A stretch of 64,000 bases of DNA, taken from NCBI GenBank assembly GCA_051362555.1, contig JBPQGU010000016.1, positions 3,658,001 through 3,722,000 on the forward strand, written 5' to 3'. The position numbers and the translations under genes are program-made. Positions 63,919 to 64,000 of the stretch are shown piece by piece. Every line of letters begins with the position of its first letter. The first letter of the stretch is position 1. A model generated the notes under the pieces. The model searched no databases and was not told the DNA's origin. It saw only the letters and a list, made by a program, of their open reading frames with translations. The DNA is from Lingula anatina (lineage: Eukaryota; Animalia; Brachiopoda).

Positions 63919-64000
63919 GAGGGTTAGGGGTAAAATTGTAAAGATATTATTGTTTGAGCACTTTCAAATTAAATCTGCTAAAACTGATCTGTAAGAATTG

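Larger units (their letters stand above)
53891..64000 (+). repeat. Segmental (tandem) duplication, copy 2, truncated by the window end
   Basis: Near-identical to 32730-42807 apart from an extra 32 bp at 55682-55713. Confidence 0.97.

Overview
This is AT-rich eukaryotic (animal, probably marine invertebrate or mollusc-like) repeat-dominated DNA with no intact protein-coding gene that I can support. Positions 1-33440 are a homogeneous tandem satellite of ~361-bp monomers (~92 copies) with nested higher-order duplications; nearly all ORFs in the supplied track are artefacts of this repeat. Positions 33441-52651 are a cluster of decayed mobile elements. They include two DIRS-order tyrosine-recombinase retrotransposons, a 2.9-kb TIR element with a 9-bp TSD, an intron-containing Kolobok-like DDE transposase remnant, a MITE family with 5-bp TSDs, Helentron-like fragments, a CR1/L2 LINE tail and a 34-bp minisatellite. 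Positions 52652-54600 are a short (~5.4-monomer) array of the same satellite. It is followed by a near-identical second copy of the sequence that follows the long array (offset 21161, then 21193 after a 32-bp indel), which runs off the window end. The most notable observation is this ~21-kb satellite-plus-TE unit: its two satellite arrays share edge-monomer variants but differ at least 17-fold in length. I found no clearly new enzymatic or gene system.
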